From Eledone cirrhosa (Eukaryota): a stretch of 64,000 nt of DNA. Within the stretch, counting starts at the first letter, position 1; each line of letters starts with the position of its first letter. The notes under the pieces were generated by a model that was not told the DNA's origin, ran no database searches, and saw only the letters and a list, made by a program, of their open reading frames with translations. Below, piece after piece: positions 40,370 through 52,855 of this stretch. The position numbers and the translations under genes were made by a program. Location: positions 186,001 to 250,000 of the forward strand of contig OZ024741.1 in assembly GCA_964016885.1 (NCBI GenBank), written 5' to 3'.

Positions 40370-43300
40370 TAGTACCAGTCCCTGGTAGCGGATTGGTGGA
40401 GTTTTTAGATTAGTACCAGTGATTGGTGCCAGTCATTGGTACCAGTTATTGGTGGAGTTGTTAGATTAGTACCAGTGATTAGTACCAGTGATTAGTACCA
40501 GTCATTGGTGGAGTTGTTAGATTAGTACCAGTGATTAGTGCCAGTGATTAGTACCAGTGATTAGTACCAGTTATTAGTACCAGTCATTAGTACCAGTGAT
40601 TAGTACCAGTGATTAGTACCAGTGATTAGTACCAGTCATTGGTGGAGTTGTTAGATTAGTACCAGTCATTGGTGGAGTTGTTAGATTAGTACCAGTCATT
40701 AGTGGTGGAGTTGTTAGATTAGTACCAGTCATTGGTGGAGTTGTTAGACTAGTACCAGTCATTGGTGGAATTGTTAGACTAGTACCAGTCATTGGTCGAG
40801 TTGTTAGACTAGTACCAGTCATTGGTGGAGTTGTTAGACTAGTACCAGTCATTGGTGGAGTTGTTAGATTAGTACCAGTCATTAGTGGAGTTGTTAGACT
40901 AGTACCAGTCATTAGTGGAGTTGTTAGATTAGTACCAGTCATTAGTGGAGTTGTTAGACTAGTACCAGTCATTGGTGGAATTGTTAGACTAGTACCAGTC
41001 ATTAGTGGAGTTGTTAGATTAGTACCAGTCATTGGTGGAGTTGTTAGATTAGTACCAGTCATTAGTGGAGTTGTTAGATTAGTACCAGTCATTGGTGGAG
41101 TTGTTAGATTAGTACCAGTCATTGGTGGAGTTGTTAGACTAGTACCAGTCATTAGTGGTGGAGTTGTTAGATTAGTACCAGTCATTAGTGGAGTTGTTAG
41201 ATTAGTACCAGTCATTAGTGGAGTTGTTAGATTGGTACCAGTCATTGGTGGAGTTGTTAGATTAGTACCAGTCATTGGTAGAGTTGTTAGACTAGTACCA
41301 GTCATTGGTGGAATTGTTAGACTAGTACCAGTCATTAGTGGAGTTGTTAGACTAGTACCAGTCATTGGTGGAGTTGTTAGATTAGTACCAGTCATTGGTG
41401 GAGTTGTTAGATTAGTACCAGTCATTGGTGGAATTGTTAGACTAGTACCAGTCATTGGTGGAATTGTTAGACTAGTACCAGTCATTAGTGGAGTTGTTAG
41501 ATTAGTACCAGTCATTGGTGGAGTTGTTAGACTAGTACCAGTCATTGGTGGAGTTGTTAGATTAGTACCAGTCATTAGTGGTGGAGTTGTTAGATTAGTA
41601 CCAGTCATTGGTGGAGTTGTTAGACTAGTACCAGTCATTGGTGGAGTTGTTAGATTAGTACCAGTCATTAGTGGTGGAGTTGTTAGATTAGTACCAGTCA
41701 TTAGTGGAGTTGTTAGATTAGTACCAGTCATTAGTGGTGGAGTTGTTAGATTAGTACCAGTCATTGGTGGAGTTGTTAGACTAGTACCAGTCATTGGTGG
41801 AGTTGTTAGATTAGTACCAGTCATTAGTGGTGGAGTTGTTAGATTAGTACCAGTCATTGGTGGAGTTGTTAGACTAGTACCAGTCATTGGTGGAGTTGTT
41901 AGACTAGTACCAGTCATTGGTGGAGTTGTTAGACTAGTACCAGTCATTGGTGGAGTTGTTAGATTAGTACCAGTCATTGGTGGAGTTGTTAGATTAGTAC
42001 CAGTCATTGGTGGAGTTGTTAGACTAGTACCAGTCATTAGTGGAGTTGTTAGACTAGTACCAGTCATTGGTGGAGTTGTTAGATTAGTACCAGTCATTGG
42101 TGGAGTTGTTAGACTAGTACCAGTCATTGGTGGAGTTGTTAGACTAGTACCAGTCATAGGTGGAGTTGTTAGACTAGTACCAGTCATTGGTGGAGTTGTT
42201 AGATTAGTACCAGTCATTGGTGGAGTTGTTAGATTAGTACCAGTCATTGGTGGCGTTGTTAGACTAGTACCAGTCATTAGTGGAGTTGTTAGACTAGTAC
42301 CAGTCATTAGTGGTGGAGTTGTTAGACTAGTACCAGTCATTGGTGGAGTTGTTAGACTAGTACCAGTCATTGGTGGAGTTGTTAGATTAGTACCAGTCAT
42401 TGGTGGAGTTGTTAGATTAGTACCAGTGATTAGTGCCAGTGATTAGTACCAGTGATTAGTACCAGTTATTAGTACCAGTCATTAGTACCAGTGATTAGTA
42501 CCAGTGATTAGTACCAGTGATTAGTACCAGTCATTGGTGGAGTTGTTAGACTAGTACCAGTCATTGGTGGAGTTGTTAGATTAGTACCAGTCATTGGTGG
42601 AGTTGTTAGATTAGTACCAGTCATTGGTGGAGTTGTTAGACTAGTACCAGTCATTAGTGGAGTTGTTAGACTAGTACCAGTCATTAGTGGTGGAGTTTGT
42701 TAGACTAGTACCAGTCATTGGTGGAGTTGTTAGATTAGTACCAGTCATTGGTGGAGTTGTTAGATTAGTACCAGTCATTGGTGGAGTTGTTAGACTAGTA
42801 CCAGTCATTGGTGGAGTTGTTAGACTAGTACCAGTCATTAGTGGAGTTGTTAGATTAGTACCAGTCATTAGTGGAGTTGTTAGATTAGTACCAGTCATTG
42901 GTGGAGTTGTTAGACTAGTACCAGTCATTGGTGGAGTTGTTAGACTAGTACCAGTCATTAGTGGAGTTGTTAGATTAGTACCAGTCATTGGTGGAGTTGT
43001 TAGACTAGTACCAGTCATTAGTGGAGTTGTTAGATTAGTACCAGTCATTGGTGGAGTTGTTAGATTAGTACCAGTCATTGGTGGAATTGTTAGACTAGTA
43101 CCAGTCATTGGTGGAGTTGTTAGATTAGTACCAGTCATTGGTGGAGTTGTTAGACTAGTACCAGTCATTGGTGGAGTTGTTAGACTAGTACCAGTCATTG
43201 GTGGAATTGTTAGACTAGTACCAGTCATTAGTGGAGTTGTTAGATTAGTACCAGTCATTGGTGGAGTTGTTAGATTAGTACCAGTCATTGGTGGAGTTGT

Positions 43301-43890
43301 TAGATTAGTACCAGTCATTGGTGGAGTTGTTAGACTAGTACCAGTCATTAGTGGAGTTGTTAGATTAGTACCAGTCATTAGTGGAGTTGTTAGATTAGTA
43401 CCAGTCATTGGTGGAGTTGTTAGACTAGTACCAGTCATTGGTGGAATTGTTAGATTAGTACCAGTCATTGGTGGAATTGTTAGACTAGTACCAGTCATTA
43501 GTGGTGGAGTTGTTATATTAGTACCAGTCATTGGTGAAGTTGTTAGATTAGTACCAGTCATTAGTGGAGTTGTTAGATTAGTACCAGTCATTGGTGGAGT
43601 TGTTAGACTAGTACCAGTCATTGGTGGAATTGTTAGATTAGTACCAGTCATTGGTGGAGTTGTTAGACTAGTACCAGTCATTAGTGGAGTTGTTAGACTA
43701 GTACCAGTCATTAGTGGTGGAGTTGTTAGATTAGTACCAGTCATTGGTGGAGTTGTTAGACTAGTACCAGTCATTGGTGGAGTTGTTAGACTAGTACCAG
43801 TCATTGGTGGAGTTGTTAGACTAGTACCAGTCATTGGTGGAATTGTTAGACTAGTACCAGTCATTAGTGGTGGATTGGTGGAATTGTTAG
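40370..43890. repeat. 30-bp minisatellite TAGTACCAGTCATTGGTGGAGTTGTTAGA(T/C), with 12-bp and 33-bp variants
   Basis: Roughly 110 units; MTGTNLTTPP / RLVPVIGGVV ORFs are artefacts. Confidence 0.97.
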
Positions 43891-44169
43891 AGCGATTGAT
43901 GAGATGCCTTGCGGTTTTTGTTTTGTCTCTTTGTGGCCCGAGTCAAGTCTTGCTCTGGTTGACTTAGGTAGTAAATGTGTCACTCGGTTTAACACCACCA
44001 CCTGACCCTTTAAGGAAACCCACTGCAAATGTTCTGATCAGGTCTCTGGATGAAGACACCAGTCTCCTTCCTGCGCCCTAATCTCTGTGTCCCCGAAAAG
44101 GGACATGAGCACAGTCCTGCCCAACACTAAGAAAAACAGTGAAATAAAATATGAATGTTTAAGTAATAA

Positions 44170-44350
44170 TTGTTTCTACACAAGGCCAGCATTTATCCAG
44201 TACATTACTGGTACTTTATTTTATCGGCCCCGTATGGATGAAAAGCAAAGTTAACTTCGGCAGGATTTGATCTCGGACCGTAAAGGGCCGTAACTCTATG
44301 CTACAAACATGGCGTCCGACCCTCTACCGGTTGTGCCAATCCACCGCCCT
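44170..44350 (-). mobile_element. Deu/Nin-type tRNA SINE copy
   Basis: Homologous to 14461-14650. Confidence 0.75.
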
Positions 44351-45457
44351 TATAATTTTAAGTAATAATATCGATGTGTATGTATGTGCGTGTGTATGTG
44401 TGCGTATGTGTGTGTGTCTGTGTACGCGTGTGTGCGTGTGTTTGTTTGTATGCGTACGTGTGTGTGTTTGTTTGTGTGTGTGTGTATGCATGTATGTGTC
44501 TGATTTTAATGAAATGCTGTTTTATGTGGTTTCGTTTATACAACAATGGCGATGAAAAGCAGAGGAAAGAAAAGAGAAGATAATTATTAAATAACTGACT
44601 AAAGAAAATATGGGTGGAATAAATGTATTGAGTCGCGTAAAACGTGCCATTGTCATCTCCCCCTTGTGTGACATTTAAAGTGACAGACCCACACACTATA
44701 TTCAACCTACACACTTTTTACTACACAGACAACATTTGACAGAAGCCGTGAGGATTTATAATTACAAAATTATAGATACATCCGTCTTGCACGTGTTAAC
44801 CGACATTTCGATATAAACCAACAGACAGGCTACTTACACACATCTTACATCTGCAAGAACAATCGTTGTTGTTCTTATTGTTATTTCCCCCCGCATCTCA
44901 GCTATGCCCGGCTCACTATTCCTCCATCTCTGTATTAAGTTCATCACAGAACTGACAGTTCTCTTCGTTACACTTAACCTTCATTAATATTCTAGTATTC
45001 TTTGAAATGTAATAGTTATTCCATGGAACTCATTGTCCAGCCGCTAGAGGGCGATGAGCAATGAACAATTTTACACACCTTATATATATGTGTGTGTGTG
45101 TGTGTTTGTGTGTATATATATATGTATGTATGTATGTGTGTTTGTGTGTATATATATATGTATGTATGTATGTATGTGTGTTTGTGTGTATATATATATA
45201 TGTGTGTGTGTGTGTGCTCCAACTACAGTAGTTTATCAACAGAACGCTCGACAGCATATTTGGGAGACAACTAAGTAATGGGGTGGGATGAGACATAATA
45301 TAGACAACAATTATATAGAGAGAGAGAGAGAAAGAGGGAGAGAGAGAGGGGTACCCCTGTTTTACACGACACTCTTTCGGTGACAACCAATCAATTTTGG
45401 GAAAAGGCACCGGGAAAAACAAAAAATGTATATTAAATAGTAAAGTTGTGTTGAATG

Positions 45458-45489
<32 letters not shown>

Positions 45490-45520
45490 GTAAGTATGCA
45501 CACGTACACACACACACACA

Positions 45521-45622
<102 letters not shown>

Positions 45623-45847
45623 TAACAGATTAAAGATAACGGGATCTTCAGAAGATCCCGTTAAGGGTGAAAGCAGCGATTCTTTGCTTAAACTTTAATC
45701 TGTTATTTTAATAAATATTGCTCTAGGGTTCTTATATATCTGATATATATTTATCCTTATCGAGCCCTCTTTGGATTTTAGTCGTCACATTTATTATTAG
45801 TACTATATATAGGAACGATCGACTTTCGTCAAATCGGGCCGAGGAAA

Positions 45848-46126
45848 CAATGTTTCCATTGATCTTTCCAATTGCTAATACTATCTATTGGTCACAACTC
45901 CAGCTAGAAGGAGCAACGTGAAATAAAGTGTGTTGCTCAAAAGAAGGCGTGTGGCTGAGTGGTTAGAGAATTGGATTCCCAATCGTGAGGTTGTGAGTTC
46001 GATTCCTGGACCGGGCGATGCGTTATGTCGTTGAGCAAGACACTTTATTTCACGTTTCTCCTTCTACCTGGAGTTGCGACCGATATATATAGTACTAGCA
46101 ACTGGAAAGACCGACGAAAACATTGT
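45848..46126 (+). mobile_element. tRNA SINE head (from 45944) embedded in a fold-back
   Basis: A box tggctgagtggt, B box gagttcgattc; arms 45848-45940 and 46031-46126. Confidence 0.7.
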
Positions 46127-46880
46127 AAAAAAAAATTTAAAAATATAAAAATTACTATATTATAAAATTACTATATTATTAGAAGGTGAAGTTTTTTTTT
46201 ACAAAATGAAAAATAACCGAGGTGTCCTACATGAGTGAAAGTATAAAGAAAAAAAGATGAAATCGAAAATGCAACTGGAGTCTTGTTTTTTAAAAAATAT
46301 ATATATTTATTTGGTTCCTTTACCGGTTTAGCAGTTCTTCTGCTTTTCAAAAGTAGAGTTGAGATGGAGGGTCTGTGGTTTTTCTTACACTTGGTTGGTC
46401 TTTGAATGTTACTTGTTTTATACGGAAAAAAGTGGCTCGAAACGCCAGGTTTTTCGAGAAGTAATTTGATTGGTTGGTCAATAATTATAATAAATTTCGT
46501 GCCAGTTCGCGTTACAAAGTTCTTCAAACAAGGGGGGGGGGGGCTCAGGTTGGTTTTTTTCATATATGAGTGTTTGAATTTCTTTTTACTTAAAAAAGGG
46601 GGGCTCACGAAGGCTTTTTTTAAATAAACGTAATTTGATTGGTTATAAATGAAATTATGGCTGTCATGTGAACAAGTTTTCATTCAATTTCGCGCCCGTA
46701 TTTGGAAATTTATTCTGTAGCCTTTTTAGAGAATTTTATGACAAGCAAAAAATAATGGTCAAGAGAAATGGGATGGGAGAATTGTTCTGGTTCAGTGAAT
46801 ATGGTTAGTTCGCTGGGGTGTCAGAATTCAGATTTTCTATTGAAATAAAGAAAGTAAAGATATGTATGTTTATTTGTGTG

Positions 46881-46938
<58 letters not shown>

Positions 46939-47260
46939 CACACAAACATAATCTCTGATGATATGGGATCGATTGTACATTGGATATCGAATGCTCTACT
47001 AAATATATAATATTATAGATGTAGCGAGATCTAGGCAAATTGATGTCTATTGAAACGTACGTAAGAACCGAATAAATCTCTTTTACTGCATCTTTCTGTT
47101 CTTTTTAATTCTTTATACACGCCCCGGAATATAGCTAAACTGGAATATACACCTTTTTTCAGCATTTCGTTGAGCACCACTCTGTTGTAAGCTGACATTC
47201 CACTACACGGTACATAACACTGTGTCCTGGAAAACATTAATGCACTCGTGCATAACCAAT

Positions 47261-47305
<45 letters not shown>

Positions 47306-47363
47306 GTGTCGTATGGGTGTGTGTGTGTGTGTGTGTATGTGTGTGTGTGTGTGTGCGCGCGTG

Positions 47364-47395
<32 letters not shown>

Positions 47396-47668
47396 GGTGC
47401 GTATGGGTTATATCGAACATTAATGATAATGTTCAATTCGTTTGTAAACAAACGACCCGATATATAAAGCAAAATAAATGGAGGAGAAGGAGGATACATT
47501 CAAAAACAAAATTTACTCCATACACAGTGTTTCATCTACATGATATCAATATAACAGCTCTATGTACATATTCATATATATTGCATTGAGCACACTTCGC
47601 TTCGGCTATTGGCATCTAATATATTGTATCATAATTCTTTCTCTTCTAATCTTATGATGTATGTCTCT

Positions 47669-47727
<59 letters not shown>

Positions 47728-47730
<3 letters not shown>

Positions 47731-49510
47731 CCGAGATCTATGGACGAGTTCTCTCCAGCGGTCTCTGTCCTGCATCATCGCCGCCAAGTCCTTTGTCTCC
47801 AAGAGATCTGTGTCTGTCCTTAGGGCATCAACATATGTCAACCTCGATCTCCCTCTTCTAGTGTGTCCGTGTAGGGGCTCACACAGGAGCACTGAGTGCA
47901 GTGTCAACTCTGAATGTCGGTGAGCATGTCCAGCTAACCTCAGTCTCCTCTGCGTTACCTCAACCAATTCTAGCGGCTTCCCGCCTACATTAGTAATCTT
48001 CTCTGGTTTCTTAATATTCTCTACCAGATACTTCGTCTTAATCTCATTCATTTTCAGCCCCACACTCTCCGACACAGTATCCACCTCCTGCATCAACTCG
48101 TCTGCCTCCTTCACTGTGTTTGTCACCAGAACTATGTCGTCAGCAAATTCAACATCCGATATCTTTTTCGCCTTAACTCTCCTGCTCTGAGCCAGTGTTA
48201 CAGTAAAGCCAAAGTCCTGGTGTTTCTCCAGCGCAAGGCGCATACAATAGTCCGCTGCGATGATAAAAAGGTAGGGAGCCAATGTATCTCCCTGGAACAC
48301 TCCAGCCAGTATCTAAAAAAACTCTGTCATCTCGTCAGGTGTAATAACTTGGGCTTTGGTGTAGAGCAGTGATATCAGGTCCACTATCTTCTTGGGGATT
48401 CCATAAGCCTATAAGATCTTCATCAGGCAGTGACGATCCACAGAATCAAGGCCTTCCTAAAGTCAATGAAAACCATGACCGCAGGAAGGCACTTTGCACT
48501 AGCTCCCTCTAATATCCTCCTCAGCATCAGGATGTGACTGGTGGTTGATCTTCCCTCTCTAAAGCTGTCTGGTTGTTCCTGAGCTTCTTCTCCATCTCGA
48601 GCTTGATCCTATTAAGAATCTTCCTGTTGAAGGTCTTTGCCACAAATGACGTCAGTGAGATCCCCCTGTAGTTGTTGGTGTTAGAGAGATCTCCCTTCTT
48701 TGGCACTGGGACGATGTTACTGATCCTCCACTGATTCGGGGCAACTCCTTTCTCCAGTGCCTGGTTAGAGAACTCCAGGATGATATCATCAAAATCACAC
48801 CTCTTCATTACCTTTGATGCCACTCCATCTTCTCCATGGGCCTTGCCCTCCTTGATCTTCTTCTTGGCTCTCTGAAGCACCTCTCTGGTGAAGGCTCCTG
48901 TCTCAATATCCAGTTCCTCAAACAGCCGCCTTATCTCCCCGGTGTTCTGGGCAGTGGAGAGCGGCTCTCCTAGTAGGGTCCTAAAAGGGTCCAGCCATTT
49001 CCTCTTCCTATCCTCGGGCTCTGTTCTCTGGATCTGACTCGAACCTTCTCTCTTCATCCCTGTGATCTCGTTGATGATCGTCCAGCTCTCTTTACAAATA
49101 GACCTGACAATCATTCTCTCCACGCTTCTGATCTTCTCTATCAGTGCCTCCTCTCTGGCCTCAGTGTAAGCGGTACAGAGTCCTTCCTTCATCACCTCCA
49201 TATTCTCTTTCCTCTCCTCCATAGGATCATGAGTGAGGTCCGGGTGAGCTTAAGAAAGAGTAAGGCTCAGCTCCGGAAAGCAATTTATGACTGGGGAGCT
49301 TTCAAGGAAGATAAGCTACAGAAGAGGTACACAGTAGAAGTGAGGAACAGGTTCAGTGCTCTGTGTGGAGAGGCAGAGGTGAGAGATATTGGAGGGACTG
49401 AGAAGAGTGTGGCGAGGAGGTACGGGTACTTTACCAATGCAGTGGCAGAAGCAAGTGAGACCCTGGTGCCGAGGAGAGAGAAGAGGAAGAACGTCAGCTC
49501 CACAGACCCT
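47728..49510 (-). mobile_element. RTE-group LINE with internal deletion and an inverted 5' segment (49220-49510 on +)
   Basis: VPVPKKGD..YRGISL, FQGDTLAP, FADD, RRLRLAGH; + strand HRIMSEVRVSLR..NRFSAL is the post-endonuclease linker. Confidence 0.85.
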
Positions 49511-49910
49511 CTTCCTGCTATATCAAGCGTTAACCTAATATATCCCTTCCATAAACTGTACCGATTTTGTTGTTATTTCTGTTTAGCATTTACATATATA
49601 TATATATATAACGAAGGAAGTGTGGTAAGGAACCAGACGGACCATAACGCACCAGAGTACTCAATACTTAGGGTAGTAGAGTGGGTAATAGGAAAAACAA
49701 ATATATATATATATATATATATATTTACATATTCCTTTCATTACACTATTTAGCCTTAATGAAATGAATATTAAAACTCTGCTTCGGTATTGAATACTCA
49801 ACCCATATGTACATATGTATTTGTATATATGTGTATGTATACTCTCCAGAGCGTGAAATTAATAAACATTCGTTGTACTGCCTCTCTGTTTTGTCCCTGT
49901 TCAAATTTTT

Positions 49911-49953
<43 letters not shown>

Positions 49954-50141
49954 GAACCAGTAAGACCCCGACAGCTGAGCTCAAGCCGTTTCGACGGCTA
50001 ATTCTGGACGGAATTAGCCGTCGAAACGGCTTGAGCTCAGCTGTCGGGGTCTTACTGGTTCCTAATACCCACTCTACTACCTCAAGTATTGAGTACTTTG
50101 GTGCGTTATGGTCCACCTGGTTCCTTACCACATTTCCTTCG

Positions 50142-50182
<41 letters not shown>

Positions 50183-50183
<1 letters not shown>

Positions 50184-51085
50184 TAGCATTAAAGCCCGGC
50201 GTTGCTCGGCGTCATTAAGTTACCAAAGTTAGATTGCATCACCCATTTTATGGCACCACTTTTTTGTCTGCCAGGCACTGGGTGAATGAATTGCAGACCT
50301 GGAAGCATGAGCTGCGCCAGCAGTGACAATTGCAGTTTCGCCTATGGATATTATCTCTGTGCAAAAAAGTGTTGAAATTTATTGTTTCACAGTACTTGCG
50401 CAACACGCGCGTAGACGATGCCAGCAGAACAATAGAGCTGCGATGAAGTTATTCTGCATGGTTGTCTGTGTTTTCTAAATTTAGGGAGGGTTGTGATATG
50501 AGGGAGGGTTGTGATATGAGGGAGAGTTAGCTGTTGTTTCTAGCAGGTTTAGTGACCTCATAGAGGATATGTGTTTTCTAAATTTAAGACAGTTGGGAGT
50601 GGTGTGATATGGGGGAGAGTTAGCTGCTGTTTCTAGTAGGTTTAGTGACCTCATAGAAGATATGTTTTCTAAATTTAAGACAGTAGGGAGGGGTGTGATA
50701 TGGGGGAGAGTTAGCTGCTGTTTCTAGCAGGTTTAGTAACCTCATAGAGGATATGTGTTTTCTAAATTTAAGACAGTAGGGAGTGGTGTGAACGGACAAG
50801 TATCACCATCTAGCTTGGAAAGAGAAAGTAGCAGAAAGTATGAAGTTGTATAGATTTTGAATGGTAGTAGAAAGAGTTCAGCAGTTTAAATGAGAGAGAA
50901 AAATCGTAAAATATTGAGTTTTATCTACTTTTTGCGTAATTGTGGGTGAAATTGGAAAAATTATCTGCGTCAAGACGCAATCGAAACTATTTCGAATACT
51001 GAATTGTAAATTTCAATTGAAGAAATTCTATATCGTAGATTTCTATAACGAAGGAGCATGACCACACACTGAGTTTTATAGATTA

Positions 51086-51088
<3 letters not shown>
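50183..51088 (-). mobile_element. Non-autonomous Helitron with an internal ~80-bp tandem array
   Basis: A|TC 5' end, hairpin plus CTAG|T 3' end in (TA)n; array at ~50465-50790. Confidence 0.65.
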
Positions 51089-51172
<84 letters not shown>

Positions 51173-51457
51173 TAAGTATGTATACGTACATACAAATGAG
51201 CAACGATGGTTGCTAGACACTGTACGGCTTAATTCGGGATGTTTGTTTACAAACACACCGAGCATTATAATAAATGTTCGGTGAATCCATACGTACATAT
51301 ATATATATGTGTGCATGTATGTATATATATATACATACTACTGTACGTCTGTATACATATATGTATGTACGTATACATACTTATATTTCAGTAACAGCCG
51401 TACGAAGAGTGAGAAATGAAATTTCGTTTCATTTTTTCCGTTTATATATATATATAT

Positions 51458-51594
51458 AAGTGGTTACACAACAGTTACTTCACCATACCGAGAACAAATG
51501 TTTAACCTTAGCGGATCCTCAGCTCGTAGCTGAGGGTCCGCTAAAGTGAAACAATTGTTCTCGCTATGGTGAACTAACTGTTGTGTAACCACTT
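51458..51594. ncRNA. Palindrome made of two copies of a minimal hammerhead
   Basis: Arm consensus CGAG-CTGAGGA-TCC gctaa GGT-GAAA-CAATTG-TT/CTCG; each arm has a different core mutation. Confidence 0.7.
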
Positions 51595-51659
51595 CTACCT
51601 AACTCGTCCTATGGACTGAGTGCTCTACCACTACGGATATTACCTTCCAGTGTTCTACC

Positions 51660-51723
<64 letters not shown>

Positions 51724-51729
<6 letters not shown>

Positions 51730-51873
51730 GAAAGTGAACAACACAAAATATAACTACTCCATTACGAAAGGTTTCTGTCAGATGACCGATGCAGTCGTAT
51801 ATTATTACCGTCTGTTATCCAGAAACCTTTGGTAATGGAGTAGTTATATTTTGTGTTGTTCACTTTCTAATTA
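51724..51873 (+). ncRNA. Fold-back unit with a CAGATGA hammerhead variant (51773-51840)
   Basis: ttctgt-CAGATGA-ccGATGCAG..CTGTTATCca-GAAA-CC ttt GG-TA/atggag. Confidence 0.55.
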
Positions 51874-52131
51874 AATAACTCTGTTCTATACATAGAGCAC
51901 TCTTTTTTTCCTTTGCTTTTCGTTTGGAATTACCTAACACACACACGTATATATATATATGTACGTGTGCATACATTAAATTTTTGTATCAGTTGTGCTA
52001 GGGCGAAAAATAAATTTCTAATTTTATTTTTATATATGTATGGTCCCGTAACTCATGATAGAGTCGTAGGGGCACCGTTTTGACATACGACGTTTCTTGA
52101 AAGCCTTGCGGAGCCCATCTCTCACCAGGCC

Positions 52132-52248
<117 letters not shown>

Positions 52249-52284
52249 CAAACATACATGCATACGTTCATACATACATACATA

Positions 52285-52800
52285 ATGGCTGCAAACTCTG
52301 CTAAGAGTATTGCAATCGCTAGTCAGATTACAGAAAATGGTGCACCTTTAGGCTACGGCCAGTCACACACACCTGAAACAGATCTTGAACAAGCAATGCC
52401 TGTGTTTTGAATGTTTTTTAACTGGGGAAAGGCCTCGCACTCGACAAATCCCACTCTCAGAGCATCAAAATCACTACCTGAAAAGAAGAACTGGCAACAT
52501 CATCGGATGCTTCCGAAGCCCCAGGTTTCTTTTCAGAGTTTCCCTCTCTTAGAAAGGTGTTCTGACAACAACTCGGGGCCTTTCACTCCCAGGTAAAAAA
52601 AAATACTATTTGGATGGCCGTTGACTCTGCTGAGTTGCTCCGCCCTCTGGTGGGTCTTGTATTTCATCCTGCAGGGTGTCCAAATATTACCCTCCTCACC
52701 AAGCAAGCTTCGTGGGGTGGCTGGTTTAGTTGCCGACGACCCGTCCACGAGACACGTTGTACTGGGTTACATATTACCAGTAGCACTCGAGAGTGACCTG
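52285..52800 (-). mobile_element. Diverged non-autonomous RTE derivative in (TATG)n
   Basis: Starts caggtcac like 1431; ends gcagccat+(TATG)n on the minus strand. Confidence 0.75.
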
Positions 52801-52855
52801 ACATAGATACATAGATACATACATACATACATACATACTTACTTACATACACACA

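Noticed and set aside
40613-43967. Long repetitive mucin-like ORFs on both strands
   Set aside because: Arise from a 30-bp unit lacking stops in one frame per strand; no unique N- or C-terminal domain or splice evidence
45944-46015. tRNA gene
   Set aside because: A/B boxes present but no clean cloverleaf, and it continues into SINE body
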